NCBI GenBank assembly: GCA_041165905.1
Contig: JBEAMP010000052.1
Coordinates: 1-50,341, forward strand
Source: Actinomycetota bacterium
GTDB lineage: Bacteria > Actinomycetota > Actinomycetes > Nanopelagicales > Nanopelagicaceae
Reading direction: 5' to 3'
Length of the DNA stretch: 50,341 bases
Shown here: positions 12,141-20,014 of the stretch, piece by piece
How positions within the stretch are numbered: the stretch's first letter is position 1
How the letters are laid out: each line of letters opens with the position of its first letter
Position numbers and translations under genes: made by a program
The notes under the pieces: model-generated
Database searches by the model: none
Told to the model about the DNA's origin: nothing
What the model saw: the letters and a program-made list of their open reading frames with translations, nothing else

Positions 12141-12221
12141 TTCAAGCAGTGACCTTACGATAAAATATGCCCATCCTCTGGAGCTCTCTCCAGAGATTCG
12201 AAAGATGGGAATCTTGCGGTT

Positions 12222-12929
12222 ATGGCTATTCGCTTAAATAAATATATCGCCGATGCTGGTGTAACTAGCCGTCGCGGTGCCGATTCATTGATTGAGGCTG
12301 GCCGCGTAAAGGTAAATGGCAAACGAATTACCGAATTGGGCTATAAAGTTGATGAAAAGTCTAAAGTAGAGGTTGATGGTGAGACAATCACAACCTCTTC
12401 ATCTAAAACTTATTTAGCACTTTATAAGCCGCGAGGTGTTTTATCTACTATGTTCGACCCAGATGGTCGTCCATCTTTAGCTGAGTTGGTGGATTTTCGA
12501 AAAGAACGACTTTTTCATGTCGGCCGCCTAGATAAGGACTCAGAAGGTCTAATTCTTTTAACTAACGATGGGGATGTAACTTTTAGGGCCACCCACCCAA
12601 GCTATGGACTTGAGAAGACCTATTTAGTTCAGTTCGAGGGTGAACTTCCGAGAGATGCTAAATCCATCCTGACAAAGGGGGTCGAATTAGAAGATGGGAT
12701 CGCACGAGTTACAGGATATAAAGAGCTACCAAATAATTGGGTTGAACTTAAAATCCATGAGGGTAGATATCACATTATTCGTCGATTAATGGATGCGATC
12801 GGAGTGAAGGTTCTTCGATTAGTAAGAAGTCAGTTTGGCCCGATCCTATTGGGTGATTTAAAAGAGGGGCGTTGGCGGGACCTAAATGACGTTGAAGTGG
12901 CTAATTTATATAAGGCTTTAGCTCTTTAA
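12222..12929 (+). CDS. rluB: 23S rRNA pseudouridine synthase, RluB/RsuA family
   Basis: S4 domain (RLNKYIADAGVTSRRGADSLI..GRVKVNG) and catalytic HVGRLDKDSEGLILLTNDG. Confidence 0.92.
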   Translation: MAIRLNKYIADAGVTSRRGADSLIEAGRVKVNGKRITELGYKVDEKSKVEVDGETITTSSSKTYLALYKPRGVLSTMFDPDGRPSLAELVDFRKERLFHVGRLDKDSEGLILLTNDGDVTFRATHPSYGLEKTYLVQFEGELPRDAKSILTKGVELEDGIARVTGYKELPNNWVELKIHEGRYHIIRRLMDAIGVKVLRLVRSQFGPILLGDLKEGRWRDLNDVEVANLYKALAL

Positions 12930-13192
12930 CTTTTTGTTTATATATCCCTTTTATCCGAAAATTAATATATCGATAAATCGTTACGAATTAAAATCGAAAA
13001 CATATTTATCGACATTTAGAGGCGTAAAAACATCCACAAATATAAATTTATCGATATTTGTCAGAATCGATTTTACGAAGAATCATAGAGAAGGATTGGA
13101 AGAGAATTCCGATTTGTCGATAAAACAAGAAGTCGGAATAACGTTAATAGTAAATCCAACGAATTGTGGAAAAGGAAAGGTAAACTCTCGAC
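12930..13192. promoter_or_regulatory. AT-rich non-coding region carrying a nested array of TCGA-core repeats and DnaA-box-like 9-mers
   Basis: Largest intergenic gap in the window. Direct repeat ATTTATCGA(C/T)ATTT at 13004-13017 and 13046-13059. Inverted repeats at 12968-12989 / 13105-13122 and at 12990-12997 / 13067-13074. See findings. Confidence 0.6.
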
Positions 13193-13546
13193 ATGAACTT
13201 GAGAGCTATTAGAGGGGCGATTCAAGTAGAGGCTAATACTCCCGAGGAGATCGCATCAGGAGTTAAAGAGCTACTGCCTGCCATTTTGCAGGCTAATAAT
13301 CTAACCGCAGATGATGTTATCTCAGTGATTCTTACCTGCACGCCTGATCTAAATGCTGCCTTTCCTGCTGCCTTTGCCAGAGAGATTGGTTTTGGCGCCG
13401 TGCCACTTTTATGTGCGGTCGAGATGGATGTCCCCGGCGCATTACCGCTGGTTATTCGTGTGATGCTTCATGCGCAGCTTAAATCGGTTGCCAATCATGT
13501 TTATCTTCGAGGGGCCACTTCGCTACGTAAAGATTTAGCCCAATAA
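13193..13546 (+). CDS. aroH: Chorismate mutase, AroH class
   Basis: RAIRGAI N-terminus, TPDLNAAFPA and MDVPGALP..IRVM, closely resembling B. subtilis AroH. Confidence 0.9.
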   Translation: MNLRAIRGAIQVEANTPEEIASGVKELLPAILQANNLTADDVISVILTCTPDLNAAFPAAFAREIGFGAVPLLCAVEMDVPGALPLVIRVMLHAQLKSVANHVYLRGATSLRKDLAQ

Positions 13547-13570
13547 GGTTGCAAGGTTGTATCTGAATCT

Positions 13571-14611
13571 ATGAAAATTGTAGTTATTGGAGCCGGTCTA
13601 ATCGGCACATCAATTGCCTTGGGCGCAAAGCGGGCTGGAGCAGAGGTCCAACTTTTTGATGAAGATGGCCGCGCACAGAATTTAGCTAACGACTTAGTCG
13701 AATCAGTTGTAATTGAAGATCCTACTATTGTGGTCATTGCGACGCCGACAAGTGCGCTTTCGGGTGTAGTAAATAGATACAAAAATCTGTATCCAAAGTC
13801 AACGTTTATAGATATAGGTAGCACAAAAACTAAAGTTAAAGTAGAAGTACAAACAGATAAAGCGCTATCTAAACGTTTTTGTCCTACCCATCCAATGGCA
13901 GGAAGAGAGCTTGATGGGGCAGAGGCGGCGCAATCTGATCTCTTTGTAGGAAAGAGTTGGATCATTACTCCACTTCCCGAAACATCTGGAGAATCTATAG
14001 CGTTGGTAAAAGAGCTAATCGAAAAGCTAGGCGCCAGAGTTATAGCTATGAGCCCAGAAGATCATGATTCTGCGGTAGCTTCGGTAAGCCATCTCCCACA
14101 GATAATTTCATCGCTATTAGCTGCCCAATTAGAGAATAAAAGTCCGGAATTCCTTGCTCTTGCAGGTTCTGGGGTTATGGATACCACGCGGATCGCCGGT
14201 TCTAATCCCGATCTTTGGCGGGAGATACTTCGTTTGAATCGTGAGGCAATCGAACCCCTTTTAAAAGATTTCCAAAAAGATTTATCGACATTAATCGACA
14301 ATTACGATGTCGAAAACGTTTTACACCGTGGCCGTAAAGGTCGCCACCTATTGCCAGGAAAGCATAGAAGCGCTTCTCGTAATTACACCTACTTGCCTGT
14401 AGTGCTCGAAGATAAGCCAAATCAGTTGGCTCTGTTATTTGATGAATGTGCAAAAGCTAATGTAAACGTGGAAGATATCACTATTGAACATTCACCAGAG
14501 CAAGAGACAGGTTTAGTTTTGTTAGCTTTAAGCGCACCAAATGCAGAGTTGTTACAGAAACATTTAGCAACTTCAGGTTGGCGCGTGCATCCTCCACGAT
14601 CGGAGAAGTAA
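13571..14611 (+). CDS. tyrA: Prephenate dehydrogenase
   Basis: Rossmann MKIVVIGAGLIGTSIA, HPMAG motif and a C-terminal ACT-like segment. Confidence 0.9.
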   Translation: MKIVVIGAGLIGTSIALGAKRAGAEVQLFDEDGRAQNLANDLVESVVIEDPTIVVIATPTSALSGVVNRYKNLYPKSTFIDIGSTKTKVKVEVQTDKALSKRFCPTHPMAGRELDGAEAAQSDLFVGKSWIITPLPETSGESIALVKELIEKLGARVIAMSPEDHDSAVASVSHLPQIISSLLAAQLENKSPEFLALAGSGVMDTTRIAGSNPDLWREILRLNREAIEPLLKDFQKDLSTLIDNYDVENVLHRGRKGRHLLPGKHRSASRNYTYLPVVLEDKPNQLALLFDECAKANVNVEDITIEHSPEQETGLVLLALSAPNAELLQKHLATSGWRVHPPRSEK

Positions 14612-16564
14612 ATGCCAATCATTGTTGCAATGGATGGTCCGAGCGGAGCAGGCAAATCCAGTTCGTCTAAAGCATTAGCTAAAAGAGCAAATTGGAATTA
14701 TTTGGATACCGGTGCGTTGTATCGCGGCGCAACCTGGCTGGCGTTAAATAAGAAAATTACTAATCAAACCGAACTGGTTTTAGCACTTCGGGATGAAAAA
14801 TTAACTTTTAATCCTGATCCAAATAAGCCAAATTTAAAATGCGGCAAAGTTGATATTACTGAAGCTATCAGAAGTGAAGAGATAACTTCGAACGTATCTA
14901 CTTTTGCGGCCATGCCAGAAGTTCGCGCAGAATTATTGACCTTGCAAAGAAAAATAATTGAAGAAGCTCAACGAGGAATTGTTGTGGAGGGTCGCGATAT
15001 CGGCACTGTAGTTGCGCCACAATCGCAACTAAAGATTTTTTTAACCGCAGATTTACAAGCGCGAGCTAAGCGTCGAGAAGCAGAGTTAAATACTGATAAG
15101 GATCTAGCGGAATCTTTAGCGCTTAGAGATGAAAAAGATTCAACTCGGCAAACATCGCCTCTTGAAAAAGCCGTTGATGCAGTTGAGGTTGATTCGACTG
15201 AAATTAATTTAGAAGAAACAGTTGAGTTGATATGGGAACTTTTAAAGGAGCGGCAACTGCTGGGTTTACCTATTGTGGCAATTCTTGGCAGACCTAATGT
15301 TGGAAAATCAACTTTAATTAATCGTTTTCTTGGAAGACGCGAAGCAATTGTCGAAGATGTTCCTGGTGTTACTAGAGATCGTGTTCGCTACGAATGTGAA
15401 TGGAATTCAAGAGAATTTATTTTGATGGATACAGGGGGATGGGAATCGCATCCTGATGGGATATCAATTGGTGTGAGCGCTGGTGCAGAGATAGCAATTC
15501 AAGAGGCTGATGTAATTTTGTTTGTAGTAGATGCTCAGGTAGGTGCTCAAACTGAAGATGAAGCGCTGGTTGATGCGCTTCGCAAATCCCAAAAGAAAGT
15601 CTTCTTGGTTGCCAATAAAGTTGATTCACCAAAAGAAGAAGCAGACGCTCATTCATTGTGGAATTTAGGTCTTGGAGAGCCACATTTTGTGACTGCACTT
15701 CACGGCAAGGGAAGCGCTGACTTACTTGATTTAGTTGTTGCATCTTTGCCAGAAGTGGGCAGTGGAATAGTTAAAGATAATCACCGCAAAGTGGCATTAA
15801 TCGGCAGGCCAAATGTTGGTAAATCTAGTTTGTTAAATGCAATTGCGGGAGAACAGTTGTCCTTAGTTGACGATAAAGCAGGAACTACACGTGATCCTGT
15901 GGATTCGTTAATTGAATTTGGTGGATCAACATGGCGTTTTGTAGACACTGCAGGAATTAAGAAGCGCGCAAATCAAGCAAGTGGTAGCGATTACTATTCA
16001 ACTCTAAGAACACAAGTTGCGCTAGAAAGAGCAGAAGTAGTTGCGCTTGTGCTTGATGCATCAGAGCCCATGACCGAACAAGATTTGAAAATTATTAGTA
16101 TGGTAGAAGATGCAGGTAAGGCTTTGGTATTAGTTATGAATAAGTGGGATCTAGTCGATGAAGATCGTCGCCTCGCATTAGATAAGGAACTTGACCGCCA
16201 CTTAACACATATAACCTGGGCGCAAAGGGTTAATGTTGCTGCAAAAACCGGTTGGCACCGAGATCGCTTAGCGCCGGCACTTCGAACAGCTCTTGCTTCA
16301 TGGGAAACTCGCGTTCCAACTGGAAAATTAAATTCTTTCCTTGGTGCGCTAATTGGCGCGACGCCACCTCCAGTTCGTGGCGGAAAGCAACCAAAGGTTT
16401 ATTACGCGACTCAAGCTGGCATCGCACCACCGAAGTTTGTGGTCTTTACAAATGATTGGATCGAACCGCCTTATCGACGCTTTATCGAGCGAAAGCTTCG
16501 TGAAGAGTTTGGCTTTGAAGGTAGCCCAGTTCAGGTTTCGGTAAAGATAAGAGAACGCGACTGA
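14612..16564 (+). CDS. der: Bifunctional cytidylate kinase / ribosome-biogenesis GTPase Der (EngA) fusion
   Basis: Single 650-aa ORF. The N-terminal 220 aa carry the Cmk P-loop (DGPSGAGKSS). Two GTPase domains follow (GRPNVGKSTLINR and GRPNVGKSSLLNA), then a KH-like C-terminus. Confidence 0.92.
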   Translation: MPIIVAMDGPSGAGKSSSSKALAKRANWNYLDTGALYRGATWLALNKKITNQTELVLALRDEKLTFNPDPNKPNLKCGKVDITEAIRSEEITSNVSTFAAMPEVRAELLTLQRKIIEEAQRGIVVEGRDIGTVVAPQSQLKIFLTADLQARAKRREAELNTDKDLAESLALRDEKDSTRQTSPLEKAVDAVEVDSTEINLEETVELIWELLKERQLLGLPIVAILGRPNVGKSTLINRFLGRREAIVEDVPGVTRDRVRYECEWNSREFILMDTGGWESHPDGISIGVSAGAEIAIQEADVILFVVDAQVGAQTEDEALVDALRKSQKKVFLVANKVDSPKEEADAHSLWNLGLGEPHFVTALHGKGSADLLDLVVASLPEVGSGIVKDNHRKVALIGRPNVGKSSLLNAIAGEQLSLVDDKAGTTRDPVDSLIEFGGSTWRFVDTAGIKKRANQASGSDYYSTLRTQVALERAEVVALVLDASEPMTEQDLKIISMVEDAGKALVLVMNKWDLVDEDRRLALDKELDRHLTHITWAQRVNVAAKTGWHRDRLAPALRTALASWETRVPTGKLNSFLGALIGATPPPVRGGKQPKVYYATQAGIAPPKFVVFTNDWIEPPYRRFIERKLREEFGFEGSPVQVSVKIRERD

Positions 16565-17127
16565 TGTTTACAATTCCAAATTTGCTTTCAATGCTTCGTG
16601 GCGCATTAATTCCGGTATTTCTTCTCTTGGCAGGCGATGGTCGCGACGCCTTGGCGTTGCTGGTACTTGCTATAGCTAGTTTGACGGATTACTTCGACGG
16701 AAAAGTTGCAAGGTGGTTAAATCAAGAGTCCGCACTCGGCGCCATACTTGATCCACTCTTTGATCGTTTTTACATTGCGGCCTCTTTATACGTTCTATGG
16801 GATCGCCAAATTTTCCCAACTTGGCTAGTTTTGGTTTTGATTCTTAGGGATGCCCTTCTTCTTTTTGTAAACCTGGGATTAAAACGTAGGAAATTGCCTC
16901 TTCTGGTTGTCAATTACATTGGTAAGGCTGCAACCTTTAATCTGCTCTACGCCTTCCCTCTACTCTTTCTTTCACAAAGCGAGGGATGGCTTGGCACCCT
17001 GGGATATCTTTTCGGGTGGGCATTTAGCGTTTGGGGTATCGCGCTCTATTTAATTACTGGAATTTGGTACTTTCTATCTGGCTTGAAAAGTATTAGATTT
17101 CCCAACGGATTAATCGTCAAAGATTAA
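16564..17127 (+). CDS. pgsA: CDP-alcohol phosphatidyltransferase (PgsA2 / actinobacterial cardiolipin synthase type)
   Basis: DYFDGKVAR........GAILDPLFD motif. Multi-pass membrane protein. Its position upstream of gcvH-garA matches Rv1822. Confidence 0.85.
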   Translation: MFTIPNLLSMLRGALIPVFLLLAGDGRDALALLVLAIASLTDYFDGKVARWLNQESALGAILDPLFDRFYIAASLYVLWDRQIFPTWLVLVLILRDALLLFVNLGLKRRKLPLLVVNYIGKAATFNLLYAFPLLFLSQSEGWLGTLGYLFGWAFSVWGIALYLITGIWYFLSGLKSIRFPNGLIVKD

Positions 17128-17167
17128 GAGAAGCTAAGAGAAGTTAACAGAAATAAGGAGCGCCATA

Positions 17168-17545
17168 GTGTCAAATGTGCCAGGAAATCTTCAGTACTCA
17201 AAAGATCATGAATGGGTTGAAGGTCTAGGTGGCAATCGCTACAAGATTGGCATTACAGATTACGCACAAGGCGCACTAGGTGACATTGTTTATGTGCAAC
17301 TTCCGAAAATTGGCGAATCTGTCACTGAAGGCGTAGTTTGCGGTGAAATTGAATCAACAAAGAGCGTTTCAGAATTGTTTTCACCTGTAACCGGGACCGT
17401 GGTTGCAATTAATGAGCAATTAGATTCCGCTCCAGAGACTTTAAATTCAGATCCATATGGCGCTGGATGGATTGCAGAGGTAGAAGTTTCAACACCATCG
17501 AGCTCATTGATGGATGCTGCTGGATACACCGCACTTATCGGCTAA
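17168..17545 (+). CDS. gcvH: Glycine cleavage system H protein
   Basis: Lipoyl-lysine motif (GEIESTKSVSELFSP) and YSKDHEW N-terminus. GTG start. Confidence 0.93.
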   Translation: MSNVPGNLQYSKDHEWVEGLGGNRYKIGITDYAQGALGDIVYVQLPKIGESVTEGVVCGEIESTKSVSELFSPVTGTVVAINEQLDSAPETLNSDPYGAGWIAEVEVSTPSSSLMDAAGYTALIG

Positions 17546-17628
17546 AACCTCCACTTGACGGTAACCCCTGCAACTCATTAAGTTCGCCCTCAAGGTTTAG
17601 TTAACGTAAATAGCTAAAGGGGTGAGAG

Positions 17629-18078
17629 ATGCCAGAGATTGAGTACGAGGTCACCTCTACTATCAATCTTGGACTGCGCTCAGTTGATTCTGAAGAAGCT
17701 TTAGAACAGCTAACTACTGAAGAGCGAAACGTTATTTCCCAATTAAACCCAGAATCTGCGATGTTAATTATTCATCGTGGACCAAATCGAGGAGAGCGCT
17801 TCCTTCTAGATTCCCCAGATTCATCTATTGGCCGTTCTGGCGACAATGATGTTGTTCTAGATGATGTGACTGTCTCTCGTAAGCATGCAAATATCCGAAG
17901 AGCGGGTGAACGTTTCGAATTGATTGATCTTGGAAGTCTTAATGGAACTTACGTTAATAATAATTCGATTGCTCGCGCTACTTTAACAAGTGGTGATGAA
18001 ATTCAATTCGGTAAATTTCATATGCTCTTTGTTCAAAATCTAAAAAATCAAAACAATTCTAAGAATTCAAAAAAGTAA
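17629..18078 (+). CDS. garA: FHA-domain regulator, GarA/OdhI family
   Basis: N-terminal Thr cluster (EYEVTSTI) and an FHA domain (IGRS..NDVVLDD.TVSRKHA......F.L.DLGSLNGTYVN). Synteny gcvH-garA-MerR. Confidence 0.88.
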   Translation: MPEIEYEVTSTINLGLRSVDSEEALEQLTTEERNVISQLNPESAMLIIHRGPNRGERFLLDSPDSSIGRSGDNDVVLDDVTVSRKHANIRRAGERFELIDLGSLNGTYVNNNSIARATLTSGDEIQFGKFHMLFVQNLKNQNNSKNSKK

Positions 18079-18107
18079 TCAGCGTTAGCAGAAATAGGAA
18101 AGATTAA

Positions 18108-18824
18108 ATGTCAGTTCCAGCACGTGCATACTTAAGTATCGGGGAAGTACTAGGACGTCTTCGCGGTGAATTTCCTGATGTGACTATTTCAAAGATTCGC
18201 TTTTTAGAATCTGAAGGTCTTATAGAACCACAACGAACTCCATCTGGATATCGCAAATTCACTGCCGCTGATTTGGATCGTCTGCGTTATGTCTTGCTTG
18301 CTCAAAGAGACCAATACTTACCTCTAAAAGTGATTAAAGATAATTTGGAAGCTATGGATCGTGGCCTAACTCCAGGTAACGGAAATACCGCGCCAGCGCC
18401 AAGACTTGGCGTGATTTCTACAGATTCAGATATAAGCGCAGCATCGTTTGCAGAGAGCTCTGAACTTCGGTTATCTCGAGAAGAACTTTTAAAAGCATCT
18501 GGCTTGAAGGATGAACAGCTTGTTGAAATCGAAAGCTATGGACTTATAACTTTAGTTGGTCGCTACTACGATGGTGATGCACTCGCTGTAGCTAAAGTTG
18601 TGACTGAATTAGCATCGTTTGGTATTGAAGCACGTCATCTGCGTTCATTTAAGTCTGCTTCAGACCGCGAGATTGGTTTGATCGAACAAGTAATCACACC
18701 TTTAACAAGACAAAAGAGCATCGAAGCAAAGGCGCGCGCTGAAGAGGTGCAACGCGAATTGGCATCCCTCTCGGTTAAATTGCATGCATCATTGGTGCGT
18801 TCTGGCTTAAACAGATTACGTTAA
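18108..18824 (+). CDS. MerR-family transcriptional regulator (FtsR / Rv1828-like)
   Basis: N-terminal MerR HTH (LSIGEVLGRLRGEFPDVTISKIRFLESEGLI.PQRTPSGYRKF). Conserved position after garA. Confidence 0.85.
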   Translation: MSVPARAYLSIGEVLGRLRGEFPDVTISKIRFLESEGLIEPQRTPSGYRKFTAADLDRLRYVLLAQRDQYLPLKVIKDNLEAMDRGLTPGNGNTAPAPRLGVISTDSDISAASFAESSELRLSREELLKASGLKDEQLVEIESYGLITLVGRYYDGDALAVAKVVTELASFGIEARHLRSFKSASDREIGLIEQVITPLTRQKSIEAKARAEEVQRELASLSVKLHASLVRSGLNRLR

Positions 18825-18837
18825 TCGAAGCTCAATT

Positions 18838-19311
18838 ATGATTCCGGTAGAGGTAGTGGGCGTTCGAATCGAGATGCCTTCAAATCAACCGATTGTGTTA
18901 TTAAAGGAAATCTCCGGAAGTCGATACCTACCGATTTGGGTAGGCACCGCAGAGGCGACAGCAATCGCTTTTAGCCAGCAAGGGATGATTCCTCAACGTC
19001 CACTTACCCATGATCTATTGGTAAATATTCTGGAAAATCAGAAGATTAAATTACGCTCTGTACATTTAACTGAGTTGCGTGATGGCGTTTTCTATTCAGA
19101 TTTGATCTTGGTTGATGAGCAAGGTGGAGAAGAGAAGATCTCTTCAAGACCTTCGGATGCTTTGGCTCTGGCAGTTAGAGTCGATGCTCCAATTCTCGCT
19201 CGTACTGAGCTTTTTGATGCCGCAGGTATCTCCATTCCAGAGCAGGGCGAAGATGAAATTGAGAAATTTAAAGAGTTCTTAGATGAGATTTCGCCCGAAG
19301 ATTTTGCCTAA
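18838..19311 (+). CDS. Bifunctional nuclease family protein (DUF151, Rv1829-like)
   Basis: VLLKE..G.RYLPIWVG..EA.AIA........RPLTHDL motif typical of DUF151. Confidence 0.8.
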   Translation: MIPVEVVGVRIEMPSNQPIVLLKEISGSRYLPIWVGTAEATAIAFSQQGMIPQRPLTHDLLVNILENQKIKLRSVHLTELRDGVFYSDLILVDEQGGEEKISSRPSDALALAVRVDAPILARTELFDAAGISIPEQGEDEIEKFKEFLDEISPEDFA

Positions 19312-19420
19312 TATGTACAACTCTAAACCTAAAGTAGAGGTTTTGTGCGTGTCGCTCCTTGTTGTCAGGTTAAAGGGGTCGTACATTTGGAGCCTCCCCA
19401 CAGGCAAGGATTCCTAAGTC

Positions 19421-19933
19421 ATGGCAAATATGACAACTCAAGAGCTTGAAACTATCGGTTATCGTGGCGCGACTGCATGTTCGGCTGCTGGAATTACCTA
19501 TCGCCAATTAGATTACTGGGCTCGCACTGGACTTCTTGAACCATCAATTCGCACCGCAACCGGATCGGGAAGTGCAAGACTTTATGGCTTTCGCGATATT
19601 TTGGTTTTAAAAATTATTAAGCGCCTATTAGATGCCGGGGTCTCGCTTCAAAACATCCGCACCGCAGTTGAGCACCTTCGTTCAAGGGGAATTAACGACC
19701 TTGAGAAGATGACCTTGATGTCAGATGGAGCTTCTATTTACGAATGCTCTTCTCCAGATGAAATTATCGACCTTCTACAAGGTGGCCAAGGAGTCTTTGG
19801 TATCGCGGTGGGCAAAGTGGCATCTGAAGTTGAAGGCTCTTTATCAACGTTGCAGGGCGAGGTTGATGGCCAGGTAATAGGTGGCGAAGGTAACGATGAA
19901 TTGGCCCTTCGTAGGAAAGCGCGAGGCGCTTAA
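19421..19933 (+). CDS. MerR-family transcriptional regulator (Rv1830-like)
   Basis: MerR HTH (AAGITYRQLDYWARTGLLEPS........R.Y.F.D). Conserved position before gcvP. Confidence 0.82.
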   Translation: MANMTTQELETIGYRGATACSAAGITYRQLDYWARTGLLEPSIRTATGSGSARLYGFRDILVLKIIKRLLDAGVSLQNIRTAVEHLRSRGINDLEKMTLMSDGASIYECSSPDEIIDLLQGGQGVFGIAVGKVASEVEGSLSTLQGEVDGQVIGGEGNDELALRRKARGA

Positions 19934-20014
19934 AAAGAATTAACCTTTCCCCATAAAGCTAGTTCCAAATTAGTTCGGCAGGGCTGTGGATTTAGATAGA
20001 AATGGGGAAGTGCG

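Noticed and set aside
12930-13192. Reading the DnaA-box-like AT-rich region as the chromosomal origin (oriC).
   Set aside because: There is no dnaA, dnaN, rpmH or gyrB nearby. The best dif-like site and the strand-bias switch lie only about 10 kb away, which points to a terminus-proximal location. I keep it only as a possible secondary DnaA-box cluster.
12934-13212. 92-aa ORF in the track (MFIYPFYPKINISINRYELKSKTY...) covering the rluB-aroH spacer.
   Set aside because: It has a non-ATG start and extremely AT-rich, low-complexity Ile/Asn/Lys-heavy content with no recognisable fold. It runs into the aroH start. The DNA-level repeat architecture explains the region better than a coding function.
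17555-17583. Sigma-70-like promoter TTGACG-N17-TTAAGT upstream of garA.
   Set aside because: The -35 is good but the -10 is weak, and there is no supporting evidence. It cannot be supported from sequence alone.
19934-20014. Possible glycine riboswitch upstream of gcvP, and upstream of gcvH at 17128-17167.
   Set aside because: The leaders are only 81 and 40 nt long. They lack the conserved GGAGAG...CACCG...CTCTGGAG-type glycine aptamer elements.
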